64,000 nucleotides of DNA from Macrostomum lignano (Eukaryota). Within the stretch, counting starts at the first letter, position 1, and every line of letters starts with the position of its first letter. Positions 11,239 through 24,164 of this stretch are shown here, in pieces. The stretch covers positions 124,001 through 188,000 of the forward strand of contig NIVC01001813.1 of assembly GCA_002269645.1 (NCBI GenBank), in the 5' to 3' direction. The notes under the pieces are model-generated. The model saw only the letters and a program-made list of their open reading frames with translations, made no database searches and was not told the origin of the DNA. Position numbers and translations under genes: made by a program.

Positions 11239-13775
11239 ATGCCGCATCAACTCGCTCTATTGGCTTTTCTGGCCTCCCTGGCCTGCGCCTCCGCCTCGGT
11301 GCCCGCCGTTGTGGTCAGCAGCCGCGGCTCCGTCGACTCCCTCGCCAGCCTGTCGTCGGCTCGCCTGAACTCTCAGCAGCTGGCCGAAGCCCTGCACCGC
11401 TCCGCCGGCGGCCTGCTGCTGGTCGTCACTGTCGATGAGGGCCTCTCCCTGCCCGACTTCGCCAGGTCCGGCGGCGACGTCTACTCGGCTGGCCAGGGCT
11501 CGGCCGGCCCCTTCGCCAGCGTCGCCGGCTTGTCGGAGAAGCTCGGCGGCCGGCACCTGCTGGTGGCAGAGGCCGACAAGCTGCTGCCGGCGCTGCGAAG
11601 CCTCGACTGGCGCGGCGGCGCCCCCATCGATGTCGCCAACGATGGCAAAGAGGTCGACCGAGTGGTCGAAGCTGCCACTGCTGCTGGCGGTGCCTCGCGG
11701 CTGGTGCTCGCTCGGGCCGCCGACGCCGGCGCCGCTGATCGGCTGCTTGGCGCTGCGTGCGCTGCGCTGCAGGTGAGCTGATGATCTGACTGACTGACTG
11801 ACTGACTGACTAGGTACGACGGTATTTTGGCTGTTTTAGGGAAAAGCAATTTTCAAAAAAATTCTGAAACTTACATAGATTAAAACGCAGTCTTTTAAAA
11901 TATTTATTTATAGTTCGCTTATTATCTCTCTACTAGTAGTATATGCAGCATTAAAAAAGTTTTTTCCGCTTTTTCCCAGTCTCGCGGCCTGCCATTCGTC
12001 GCCGTCTTCACCGCCACCCACGAGTCGGATCCGGCTCCGGCCGCCGCCGATGCCGCCGCCTCTGCTGAGGCCGCCGGCTCCGCTGGCCGCCACCTGCTCG
12101 CGGCTCCGACCGCTTCGCCCAGCTCCAATGGCACCTTTGTGAACTGCAGCAGCGATGTGCTGCTGTACTTCGCCTCCCTGCAGGTTGGTTTTCTCAAACT
12201 GTGTCTGGATTTGTCATTCTGAATCTTTCAAACAAATTCTTGGGTATTCGCCATAAGCTCTGCCGGGAATTGCGCCTAAACCTCCCATAAAAATTATCTA
12301 GTTGCCTCTCTGAAGAATCGCCCTTCTTAATCTTTGAATAAATCGCCTCAAAACTCGAAAGAATCGCCTTAAACTCTCCAGATAATCGCCCTAAACCCCT
12401 CAGGATAATCGCCCTAAACCCCTCAGGATAATCGCCTTAAACCTCTCAGGATAATCGCCCTAAAGATAATCGCCCTATACCTCTCAGGATAATCGCACTA
12501 AACCCTCAGGATACTCGCTCGCCCTAAACCCCTCAGGATACTCGCCCTAAACCCCTTAGGATAATCGGTCTAAACCTCCTACGATAATCGCCCTAAACCT
12601 CTTAGGATAATCGCTCTAAACCTTCCGGGATATTCGCCCTAAACCTCTCAGGATAATCGCCCTAAACCTCCCAGGATAGTCTCCCTAAACCTCCCAGGAT
12701 AATCTCCCTAAACCTCCCAGGATAATCTCCCTAAACCTCCCAGGATAATCTCCCTAAACCTCCCAGGATAATCGCCCTAAACCTCCCAGGATAATCTCCC
12801 TAAACCTCCCAGGATAATCGCCCTAAACCTCCCAGGATAATCTCCCTAAACCTCCCAGGATAATCTCCCTAAACCTCCCAGGATAATCGCCCTAAACCTC
12901 CCAGGATAATCTCCCTAAACCTCCCAGGATAATCGCCCTAAACCTTCCGGGATAATCTCCCTGAACCCCTCAGGATAATCGCCCAATAGCCTACACAAAC
13001 CGCTCGCACATGTAAACCTCATAGCGTCGGGCCGTGACTCCAAAAGCTGCCCTGACTGTGCCAGGAGATCAGCCGCTGAGCCCCTCCCTAAACCCTCACC
13101 CCGCCGCAGGTCCAGCTGACCCAGAACAGCAAGGTGAAGACGCTGCCGCCCGTGCTCCCCGTAGCCGACGGCTCCTCCATCATCGACACCAAGCTCAGCA
13201 CGTGCAACGCCGCAGGTGGGAATCGAACCCTGGCCCTGTCGTTTCCCGATTCGGCTCTGCAGTCGCCTCTCGCTGCACTGAAGCTCACTCTGAACTTCGT
13301 CGGCGACACCAAGAGCTCAACGAGTCCCTGGAGCATCGCCTCCGGCACCGCTTCGCTCTCCTGCAAGTCCGGCAGCTCCGCCAACTGCACCAACGTGGCC
13401 GAGACCGCCCTGACGCAGGAGAGTCTGGCCAGCTTCATCACGCCCAACGGTAGCTGCTACCACTGCACCAACAACACCAGGCTGTCCACCAGCGGCGGCA
13501 CCGGTAGCAACGGCTCCGCGGCGCTGACTATGATCTTCGGCAAATTCCAGCTGCAGCCATTCGGCATCCCTGCCGACGGCAAATTCTCCAAGAATGTCAA
13601 CGACTGCGTCGGATTCTTCTCTGTTGAGGTCTGGTTCAGCCTCTTGGTGCTGCTGGTGATCACCGTCATCCTCATGTACGGCGTCCTCATGCTGGTCAGC
13701 GTGGCCACGCCTGACCGATTTGACGACCCCAAGGGCAAAACCATCCAGGTTAACGTGCAGGACGGGGGCAACTGA
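11239..13775 (+). CDS. ATP6AP1: V-ATPase accessory subunit S1 (Ac45), 3 exons (11239..11772; 11980..12183; 13110..13775), ~467 aa
   Basis: N-terminal signal peptide (MPHQLALLAFLASLACASA). C-terminal Ac45 signature FQLQPF...F....DCVGFF, a transmembrane helix, then PDRFDDPKGKTI. All junctions are GT-AG, phase 0. Confidence 0.92.
12375..12985 (+). repeat. 23-bp minisatellite in ATP6AP1 intron 2
   Basis: Unit CAGGATAATC(G/T)CCCTAAACCTCC, degenerate at its 5' end. Confidence 0.93.
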
Positions 13776-13834
13776 GGCTTGAGTAGCTTATGGCCCGGCA
13801 TTGCGGACTTGGACTCACTTTCACTGTTTGCGAC

Positions 13835-13846
13835 TGGCTGGCTGAC

Positions 13847-13879
<33 letters not shown>

Positions 13880-13950
13880 GTGTGTCTGGCTGTCTGTCTG
13901 TGTGTCTGGCTGTCTGTCTGTGTGTCTGGCTGTCTGTCTGCCTGTCTGTG

Positions 13951-13982
<32 letters not shown>

Positions 13983-13999
13983 TGTCTGTCTGTCTGTCC

Positions 14000-14041
<42 letters not shown>

Positions 14042-14165
14042 GTATCTGTCTGTCTGTCTGTCTGTCCGTCTGTGTGTCTGGCTGTCTGTCTGTGTGTCTG
14101 GCTGTCTGTCTGCCTGTCTGTGTGTCTGTGTGTCTGTCTGTCTGTCCGTTTGTCTGTCTATCAGT
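13835..14165 (+). repeat. (CTGT)n-type microsatellite 3' of ATP6AP1
   Basis: Imperfect CTGT/GTGT tract about 60 bp after the stop codon. Confidence 0.95.
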
Positions 14166-14944
14166 CCATCTGTCAGTTACTCAGTAAGCTGTATCAGCAG
14201 GTCGTACTGGTTAAAAGGAAAGTCAATTATTGTTTTTTCATGTGATTATCAAAATTCACTAACGTTGCCATACCTATTAGAAACATATTGATGTCTATTC
14301 CGTATACTGTAATCTTATTATTTAAAATGTGATTATTTCATAACTTTTATCAATCGTAGGTATTGATTTGAGAGCCCCTACTCTCCTATCCATCCTATGC
14401 TATTGTTCCTACAAAAAATTTTTCCTTATCTGGCACGGAAAATTTATATCTGTCGTTATTATAATTATTGTTGTTCTGTTCGCTGTGCACTACTTAAATT
14501 AGTAGAAGCGCGCGAAAGTGTCACTAAAATATTTGCTGTTGTTTCTGCTACTCCGATATCGAGTTGAGCTACGGCTCTCAGTTAAGCTCTTCTGCATATA
14601 TTATCTCGATTCTGCTTATTCAGTTTCCTTGATGAATATTAGTGCAGTAGCAAACTCTTGATTATTAAATTTCTTGAAGCATAATAATATTGAGAATTTC
14701 ATTATAAAATTATAATTAATAAATAAATTCTGCTCTTGTGTTAGCCGTAGGGTTTCGCTGACCTATTTAATCATTCAAACCGTGTTGATCTTTGCTAAGA
14801 ATAACAGTAGTAAAATTACAAGCATTTTCACTAGCGAAACCAAGCAATTGTCGCGGGCGGACAGACACCAGCGTAGACACGGTGAAATGACACTGGATCC
14901 TCCGGAGCGGTCTGTTTAATAGCAGCAGTCAATCACGGTTGTTG

Positions 14945-15217
14945 ATTGTTTATTACACCCAATCAACAATCAATAACAATAATTGATTACTTGATTGGCA
15001 GATGTGCACCTGAAGGCTGCATACGGCTGTTCAGTCCAGGGACAGGAGGGGGGTCGCCACACATACCCTCAATTCCGCCAGCCCAATGCTGGCACCCATT
15101 TTACAGCTGGGTGAACCAAAGCAATGCAGAGTTAAGTGTCTTGCTCAAGGACACGAATTGTGGGACCGGGAATCGAACCCCGGACCTTCAAGTCTAAGCA
15201 CTAGGCTACAACCCTTC
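14945..15217 (-). mobile_element. tRNA-derived CORE-SINE (MIR-like)
   Basis: The minus strand reads a box A-like TAGCCTAGTG and box B GGTTCGATTCC. These are followed by GTGTCCTTGAGCAAGACACTTAACTC...CAGCTGTAAAATGGG, closely resembling the MIR CORE domain (GTGACCTTGGGCAAGTCACTTAAC...CTGTAAAATGGG), and then a TTG/ATT-rich tail. Confidence 0.72.
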
Positions 15218-15480
15218 AGTACGAGCTATATCTAGAGCTGAAATAGGTGAATAAGAAAGTTGCTTGGGGTGTCGTGCGGGGGCTCCCAGCGCTGCCTTCT
15301 TGAGTCAGTTTCTGGCAGGGGGTGACATGAGGCAGCGGTCAATGAGCGCGATGTTCTTTTAAATAATTTCACCAACTCCCGACCTCTTTCTGCCGGCCGG
15401 CCCGCCCAGCTGCTTGGTCAGCCCTCTTGCCATCACTCAGTTCCATTGATCAGCTATCCGACCAGGGCGGCAGCCGCGCC

Positions 15481-15942
15481 ATGTCTGACGACTCGTCCAG
15501 CGCCACGTCCGACTCCGACTCTGACTGGGACGCCGCCATCAAGTCCGCGGGCGGCAAGCGCGGAGCCTCCGCTGCCGCCGCCGCCTCCTCCTCCGGCGCT
15601 TCAAAGCCTCAGCAGCGCCGCGGCCGCGGTGCCAGCGGCGCCAAGCGGGCCCGCCTGCAGTCGTCCAGCAGCGACGAGGACGGCGAGATTCTCGACGACG
15701 ATGACGATGACGACAATGTGCAGGATGGCGGAGCCGGCGGCGGCGAGGACGACGACGGTCTGGACGACGATCTGATGGGCGACGCCGAGGACAGGCGCAA
15801 GCTGGCCCAGATGACGGAGCGAGAGCGCGAGGAGGAGCTGTTCCGCCGGGCGGAGAAGCGGGAGGCCATCCGGTGAGTCTGTCTGTCTGTCTGTGTCTGT
15901 CTGCCTGTCTGTCGTGTCTGACTTTCTGATTTTGTATCTATC

Positions 15943-16000
<58 letters not shown>

Positions 16001-16017
16001 CATCTATCTATTTATCC

Positions 16018-16048
<31 letters not shown>

Positions 16049-16321
16049 CATCTATCTATCTATTTATCTATCCATCTCCATCAATCTATCTATCTATCAT
16101 CTATCTATCTATCTCTATCAATCTATCTCTATCAATCTATCTAAATATCTCTATCTATCTATCTATCTATCTCTATCAATCTATCAATCTATCTCTATCA
16201 GTCTATCTATCTATCTCTATCAATCTATCTAAATATCTCTATCAATCTATCTATCTATCTCTATCAATCTATCTATCTATCTCTATCAATCTATCTATCT
16301 ATCCCTATCAATCTATCTATC

Positions 16322-16352
<31 letters not shown>

Positions 16353-16425
16353 CATCTATCTATCATCTATCTATCATCTATCTATCTATCTATCTATCTA
16401 TCTCTTTATCTATCTATCTATCTCT

Positions 16426-16470
<45 letters not shown>

Positions 16471-19400
16471 CATCTGTGTTGTCTCAGTCTATTCGCATGT
16501 ATCCGCTATTTGATCTATATTCGGTCTGACTAGCAGAGCACTTCTGACTCATTTTTCAATCCATTGTTGTCTGCTGTTTTGCAGGCAGCAGTTTTATCTA
16601 TACTTGCTCATTGAACGCCTTATGAAGTTCATGCATCAGTAAATGTCAAACTGTATTGTTTTGTTAATGCTCTGAACTTTTCAAAGCAATGTGTTTACTC
16701 AGTTTTTGGCGTTCTTCTCTGGGTCTTTTGTTTCCAATTTCCATCCATTCACTGCAGTGGCGCCATTTGAGTCTGGCATGCGCTTCTGTGGCGCCTTCAT
16801 AGCCCGGGTCTTCGCTCCTGCTGCCTGCCTTGCTTCTTCGCTGACTTCAGTTCTGTCTCTGTGCCACTCAACCGTTCTGCCTCTCCTCTCCCTTGCGCGG
16901 AAAGCTGTAAAAATTTAATCACAGAAGTTTTTCCCTGCATCCGCCCTCACTATTGTCACTAGGCTGCACTATCGGAATATTATTGTGTATTGTATCTCAG
17001 CTACAATAGCTGGTAGCTTTTGGTTGCATTCAAATATAGAATTTAGTTTTGTCCAGTCATTGTCTACTGACTGACCCATACTGATTTCATTAATGACCCA
17101 CTGACCCATCCTGGTCTCACTGATGACCCACTGACCCATTATGTTTTTATTGATGACCCACTGACCCATCCTGATCTCACTGATGACCCACTGACCCATC
17201 CTGACCTCACTGATGACCAACTGACCCATCCTGATCTCACTGATGACCCACTGACCTATCCTGATCTCACTGATGACCCACTGACCCATCCTGATCTCAC
17301 TGATGACCCACTGACCCATCCTGGTCTCACTGATGACCCACTGACCCATTATGTTTTTATTGATGACCCACTGACCCATCCTGATCTCACTGATGACCCA
17401 CTGACCCATCCTGACCTCACTGATGACCCACTGACCCATCCTGATCTCACTGATGACCCACTGACCTATCCTGATCTCACTGATGACCCACTGACCCATC
17501 CTGATCTCACTGATGACCCACTGACCCATCCTGATCTCACTGATGACCCACTGACCCATCCCCAACAAACCGCCGGCTCCCAGATCCCGGCAGCTCGTGA
17601 AGCAGCGGATGCGCCAGAAGGAGCGCGAGCAGCAGCACCAGAAGCAGCAGCGGCAGCGCAAGCCGGACGCGCCGTCTTCGGCAGCCTCGGCGGCCGATGC
17701 CGTCCCCTCGGTTGCTGCCGCCTCAGTGGAGCGCAAGAAGGCACTAGACGAGAAGCGTGGCTCCACGAACTCCAAGCTGGAGGCGCTGCGTCAACAGCGC
17801 GAGGATCGCAAGAAGAAGCAACTGCTGAAGGCCTCGGATGTGTTCTCGGACAGCTCCGGCGACAGCGACGATGGCGGAGGCGGCGGCAAGGCGCGGACAA
17901 GCGCCAAGCGGAAGTCCGCGGCCAGCTCGACCTCCTCGTCGTCCTCGTCCTCCTCCTCTTCGTCCAGCGTCGACACGTCCGACGACGAGGGCGGTGCCGT
18001 TGAAAGCGCGGCCCGGCGCAGCAGCGACGACGACGGCGAAGACAGCGAGAGCCAGCGACCGGTAGACTCGCTCGCCCAGCTGGCCAACATCCGGCTGAGC
18101 CGGCACAAGCTGGAGCGCTGGGTGCACATGCCTTTCTTTGCCCGCCTCGTTGTTGGCTGCTTCATCCGGGTCGGCATTGGCAGCCACCACGACCAGACTG
18201 TGTACCGGGTGAGCCGCTGCGCTTGGGCCCGGGGAGTCCGGGACTCGGCTAGGTTGTTTCCACTCCAGATGTTTCATTTTAGAGCTCCTGGGTCCAGTAG
18301 TCTCCAGGCTAGTTAGTTCCCATTCCAGATGTTTCATTCTAGAGCTCCTTGGCCCAGTCTCCAGACTAGCTACTCCCACTCCAGATAATTAATTCTAGAG
18401 CTCCTTGGTCCAGTCTCCAGACTAGCTACTCCCACTCCAGATAATTAATTCTAGAGCTCCTTGGTCCAGTCTCCAGACTAGCTACTCCCACTCCAGATAA
18501 TTAATTCTAGAGCTCCTTGGCCCAGTCTCCAGACTAGCTACTCCCACTCCAGATAATTAATTCTAGAGCTCCTTGGCCCAGTCTCCAGACTAGCTAGCTC
18601 CCACTCCAGATAATTAATTCTAGAGCTCATTGGCCCAGTCTCCAGACTAGCTACTCCCACTTCAGATAATTAATTCTAGAGCTCCTTGGCCCAGTCTCCA
18701 GACTAGCTAGCTCCCACTCCAGATAATTAATTCTAGAGCTCCTTGGCCCAGTCTCCAGACTAGCTACTCCCACTCCAGATAATTAATTCTAGAGCTCCTT
18801 GGCCCAGTCTCCAGACTAGCTAGCTCCCACTCCAGATAATTAATTCTAGAGCTCCTTGGTCCAGTCTCCAGACTAGCTACTCCCACTCCAGATAATTAAT
18901 TCTAGAGCTCCTTGGTCCAGTCTCCAGACTAGCTACTTCCACTCCAGATAATTAATTCTAGAGCTCCTTGGTCCAGTCTCCAGACTAGCTACTTCCACTC
19001 CAGATAATTAATTCTAGAGCTCCTTGGTCCAGTCTCCAGACTAGCTACTTCCACTCCAGATAATTAATTCTAGAGCTCCTTGGTCCAGTCTCCAGACTAG
19101 CTACTTCCACTCCAGATAATTAATTCTAGAGCTCCTTGGCCCAGTCTCCAGACTAGCTAGCTCCCACTCCAGATAATTAATTCTAGAGCTCCTTGGTCCA
19201 GTCTCCAGACTAGCTAGCTCCCACTCCAGATAATTAATTCTAGAGCTCCTTGGTCCAGTCTCCAGACTAGCTACTCCCACTCCAGATAATTAATTCTAGA
19301 GCTCCTTGGTCCAGTCTCTAGACTAGCTACTTCCACTCCAGATAATTAATTCTAGAGCTCCTTGGCCCAGTCTCCAGACTAGCTACTCCCACTCCAGATA

Positions 19401-21245
19401 ATTAATTCTAGAGCTCCTTGGTCCAGTCTCCAGACTAGCTACTCCCACTCCAGATAATTAATTCTAGAGCTCCTTGGCCCAGTCTCCAGACTAGCTACTC
19501 CCACTCCAGATAACTAATTCTAGAGCTCCTTGGTCCAGTCTCTCCAACCAGACGGCGAATCTCTGTCCCAATTGTTATTAAATGCATTGATGCAGCCGGC
19601 AGTTCTTCATTGTCAACGGTAGTGCGTAGTTACCTCCAATCAAATATTTAATTTGTATGCTCAAATTTTGCTTCCCTTCACTAAAAAGGCTCCATTATTT
19701 TGAATTTTCGAAATCGATACGATCGCAACTAAGCAATGCATCAAAGAAATCAAAATAGTTTAACTGGTGATAGAGCCTAATGGGCTCTGTTATCCACTTA
19801 CTTACCACTTACTTACCACCACTTACTTACTTTATTGTTAACTAGATTGAAGCTTGGGATATTGCTTGGCAATCTGGAAATTGAGTCGGAGGAGAGGGAG
19901 GAAAACGTAAGGTAAGGGAGGATTAAGAGTCGAGAGTGCGTCGCAGTCAGTGACAAGAGTCAGAGATTTGAAAATTGGGAGACTGATAGCCAGGAGAGAG
20001 AATTGGGAGATTGACAGCCGGGAGAGTGAGAGTCACGAGAGTGACAGCCGGGAGAGTGAGAGTCACGAGAGTGACAGCCGGGAGAGTGAGAGTCACGAGA
20101 GTGACAGCCAGGAGAGAGAGGGTCACGAGAGTGACAGCCAGGAGAATGAGGGTCACGAGAGTGACAGCCAGGAGAATGAGGGTCACAAGAGTGACAGCCG
20201 GGAGAGTGAGGGTCACGAGAGTGACAGCCAGGAGAGTGAGGGTCACGAGAGTGACAGCCAGGAGAGTGAGGGTCACAAGAGTGACAGCCGGGAGAGTGAG
20301 GGTCACGAGAGTGACAGCCAGGAGAGTGAGGGTCACGAGAGTGACAGCCAGGAGAGTGAGGGTCACGAGAGTGACAGCCAGGAGAGTGAGGGTCACGAGA
20401 GTGACAGCCAGGAGAGTGAGGGTCACAAGAGTGACAGCCGGGACAGTGACAACCAGGAGGGTGACAGCCGGGAAAGTGAAAAAGGGGAGAGTGACAGCCG
20501 AGAGATTGACAACCGGGAGAGTGACAGCCGGGAGATTGACAACCGGGAGAGTGACAGCCGGGAGAGTGACAGCCGGGAGAGTGCGAGTCTGGGCAGTGGG
20601 TATAGCAGTTGCAGTGTCTGACAATCGGGAGAGTGAAAACCGGGAGAGTGACAGCCGTAGAGTGACAGTCGCAGGAGAGACAACCGGGAGAGTGACAGCC
20701 GGGAAAGTGAAAACGGGAGAGTGACAGCCGGGAGAGTGAGAGTCTGGGGAGTGGGTATTGCAGTTGCACAGTGTCTGACAATGGCAGTGCTGCTCGCAGT
20801 CACCAACTCGCAGCCACCCCCTTTACGCTCGGCCAGGTGGCGGAGATCCTGGAGGTGAGCGATCAAGGCGCCCGCACCTACAGCCTGGGAAACACGCGGA
20901 CGAACAAAACCCTGCGAGTGCGGCACGCCAAAGACGAGAAGAACTTCAGGATGGAGTTCGTCTCCAACCAGGAGTTCACGCCCAAGGAGTTCGAGGCGTG
21001 GCGCACCGCCATGCAGGAGGCCGCCATGCCGCTGCCTACCGTGCAGTTCATGGAGCGCAAGGTGGAGGAAATCCGACGGCACATCAATTATGAGATTAAG
21101 GATGACGCTGAGCTGGAGAAGATCATCCAGGTGAGTTGGGCCCTTCTAAATAGAGTCTGTCTGACTGTCTGTCTGTCTGTCTGTCTGTCTGTGTATGTGT
21201 CTTTGTGTCTGTCTGTCTGTCTGTCTGTGTATGTGTCTTTGTGTT

Positions 21246-21324
<79 letters not shown>

Positions 21325-22893
21325 TTGTCTGTCTTTCTGTCTGTCTGTCTGTCTGTCTGCAAGGCCTTCCAATCCCTCTGCCCCATCCTGGCCCTGCCTC
21401 TCCCCCGCACCGCAGGAGAAGCGCCGCTTCGTGAGTCTGTCGGTGAACCCGGCCTACCGCAAGGCTCAGCTGCTGAAGGAGCGCGGCCTCGCCGAGCTGG
21501 AGGGCGACCTCGAGAAGGTGCGCCAACTGCAGGAACAACTGCAGGATGTCGAGGATGAGCAGCGCCGAGTAGAGGAGGCCCGCTCCAAGAAGGTGAACGC
21601 CATCTCCGAGGTGAACCGGAAGAACCGCAAAGACAACCTGGGATTGGCTGAGCAGGCGCTCAAGGAGGAGTACCAAGAGGTGAGGCCTTCAGGCAGTGCG
21701 CTTCAGTTATCTGAATCCCCATCAGCCATCTGAATCCCCATCAGCCAGGTGAATCCCCATCAGCCATCTGAATCCCCATCAGCCAGGTGAATCCCCATCA
21801 GCCATCTGAATCCCCATCAGCCAGGTAAATCTCATCAGCCAGGTGAATCCCATCAGCCATCTGAATCCCCATCAACCAGGTGAATCCCCATCAGCCAGGT
21901 GAATCCCCATCAGCCATCTGAATCCCCATCAGCCAGGTGAATCCCCATCAGCCAGGTGAATCCCCATCAGCCATCTGAATCTCCATCAGCCAGGTGAATC
22001 CTCATCAGCCATCTGAATCCCCATCAGCCAGGTGAATCCTCATCAGCCATCTGAATCCCCATCAGCCAGGTGAATCCCCATCAGCCATCTGAATCTCCAT
22101 CAGCCAGGTGAATCCTCATCAGCCATCTGAATCCCCATCAGCCATCTGAATCCCCATCAGCCAGATGAATCCCCATCAGCCATCTGAATCCCCATCAGCC
22201 AGGTGAATCCCCATCAGCCAGCTGAATCCCCATCAGCCAGGTGAATCCCCATCAGCCATCTGAATCCCCATCAGCCAGGTGAAACCCCATCAGCCAGGTG
22301 AATCCCATCAGCCAGGTGAATCCCCATCAGCCATCTGAATTCCCATCAGCCAGGTGAAACCCCATCAGCCAGGTGAAACCCCATCAGCCAGGTGAATCCC
22401 CATCAGCCAGGTGAATCCCCATCAGCCAGGTGAATCCCCATCAGCCAGGTGAAACCCCATCAGCCAGGTGAATCCCATCAGCCATTCAATTTCCTACCCG
22501 CCGCCCCAGGTGCGCGATCTGGAGTCCCAGGGCGGCGACCCGTTCACCAGGCGCACTACCAGGCCCTCTCTGTGCGGCATCCGTCAGAAGCAGCTGCTCA
22601 TGCAGCAGCAGCAGCAGCAGCCCAAGCCAGCCAGCCAGCCCCAGCAGCCCCAGTCTGCCGCTCCCAGCCAACCGGCATCAGCCGCCGCCCCTGCTGCCGA
22701 CGCCTCGGGCACCGGCGCGGACTTCTACGACATCCACAACTTCGACCTGCACATCGAGGTCGACGTCCCGGCGGTGGCCACCCCGGCGGTCTGCCGCAGC
22801 AGCCAGGGCGGCGCCGGCGACCTGCTGGCCCGCAGCGCCAGCGGCCGGTCGCTCAATCTGGACGAGTACAAGCGGCGCAAGGGACTCATCTGA
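15481..22893 (+). CDS. RTF1: PAF1 complex subunit RTF1 (Plus3 domain), 5 exons (15481..15872; 17584..18208; 20837..21130; 21416..21679; 22510..22893), 652 aa
   Basis: Recognisable motifs: [34 protein letters not shown]; Plus3 [33 protein letters not shown]|[16 protein letters not shown]; DPFTRR; C-terminal [15 protein letters not shown]. The exon lengths sum to 1959 nt with consistent phases (2,0,0,0). Confidence 0.95.
15915..16472 (+). repeat. (TATC)n microsatellite in RTF1 intron 1
   Basis: Imperfect ATCT tract of about 550 bp, preceded by a short CTGT tract. Confidence 0.95.
17085..17560 (+). repeat. 30-bp minisatellite at the 3' end of RTF1 intron 1
   Basis: Unit CTGACCCATCCTGATCTCACTGATGACCCA. 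The ATGTTTTTAT variant recurs at 17141 and 17351 (210-bp higher order). Confidence 0.95.
18265..19545 (+). repeat. 56/59-bp minisatellite in RTF1 intron 2
   Basis: Unit CTCCCACTCCAGATAATTAATTCTAGAGCTCCTTGG(C/T)CCAGTCTCCAGACTAGCTA, about 22 copies. Confidence 0.96.
19990..20745 (+). repeat. 30-bp purine-rich minisatellite in RTF1 intron 2
   Basis: Unit GAGAGTGACAGCCAGGAGAGTGAGGGTCAC, degenerating into 15-bp subunits at the 3' end. Confidence 0.93.
21712..22486 (+). repeat. 19-bp minisatellite filling RTF1 intron 4
   Basis: Unit GAATCCCCATCAGCCA(GGT/TCT), about 40 copies. Confidence 0.96.
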
Positions 22894-23084
22894 GCTGCTT
22901 TGCGGGGAGGGGCTTGCTTTTATTTATTCTTAACTGCGCACCCTGTAATATTAGTATTAGTTTTTATTACTGACCATAATAATATGCAGTAAGTTGAATA
23001 TGACAGAACTTAACTGCTGCACTGAGGGTGCGGCTCGCGTGCTGAGCTGTTTCAATTCTAACTGTCTAGCTGTCTCCATATAAA

Positions 23085-23130
23085 TGTGCCTGTGTGTCTG
23101 TCTGTCTGCCTGTCTGTCTGCCTGTCTGCC

Positions 23131-23173
<43 letters not shown>

Positions 23174-23318
23174 GTGTGTGTCCGTCTGTCTGTCTGTCTG
23201 CCTGTCTGTCTGTGTGTCTGTCTGTGTGTCTGTCTGTCTGTCTGTCTGCCTGTCTGTCTGTGTGTGTGTGTCTGTCTGTCTGTGTGTGTGTGTCCGTCTT
23301 TCTGTCTGTCTGTGTCTG

Positions 23319-23356
<38 letters not shown>

Positions 23357-23430
23357 CCTGACTGTCTGACTGTGTGTCCGTCTTAGTGTTTGTGACTGCC
23401 TGCCTGTCTGTCTGTCTGTCTGTCTCATAT
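23085..23430 (+). repeat. (CTGT)n-type microsatellite 3' of RTF1
   Basis: CTGT/CCTGT/GTGT tract containing the unique core CTTAGTGTTTGTGACTGCCTG. Confidence 0.95.
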
Positions 23431-24164
23431 CCATTCACTCACTGAAAACAAGCGCTGTTTACGTTTACGTGTTCAGTCAATCGAATAACAGGCTTCTCGA
23501 CCGACTCAATAGCCAGTCATTGTTTGCGATCAAGGTTCAGGGCTTCCAGGGCAGATGAAGTGGAGTGGGGGTCGGTGGCCTGTCCCCGGAACCCAGGCCA
23601 GCAATCGGCTTTGTCTTGCAGCTGTGTTGCTACAAAAATAGTTCAGAGTTCAGCGATCCGCGAGTTCTCCGCCCTGCAGAAAAACCAGTTTTTGTCCGAT
23701 AGATTTTTCCGCTTCGTCCGATGCCCCAGCTTTCTGTTTGGTCCCTGACAGCCCGCGCGGGGCTGGAGTCAGTTTGTCATGGCTAATGCCGGATGTTTGT
23801 TTCAGTCGTTTTTTACGAATCAAGTTGTCAATCAGTGTGTGTTTGTCATCTCCAGCGTCGGCCCAGTCTCCCTGTCCATCAGTTTGTATTTTGCATTTTT
23901 CATATTTTTAATAAATTACCTTAAGCTTTATAAAATTAGTGAATCTATCAGCCCCCCCCCCCTAAATTTTCTTTATTCTATCCCTGTGTACAATTCTTGG
24001 CTCGATCTGCTGCGTTAGAAACTAATAATTAATTTCTGCGTTAGAAACTGTAATTAATATCTATTAATTACATGTGTTGGCTCGAGCTTTGTTCGACTGG
24101 CTGAATTATGCGATAGATCAGACCTTCGCTTTTGTTTATTTGATTGTCTGTTTGCTTAGCTGTG

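Noticed and set aside
15160-15217. Possible tRNA gene
   Set aside because: The A and B boxes are too close for a cloverleaf and run directly into a CORE domain, so it is interpreted as a SINE head.
23690-23900. ~75-codon open frame on the minus strand (TDGQGDWADAG..)
   Set aside because: It has no start codon or clear acceptor and no recognisable homology.
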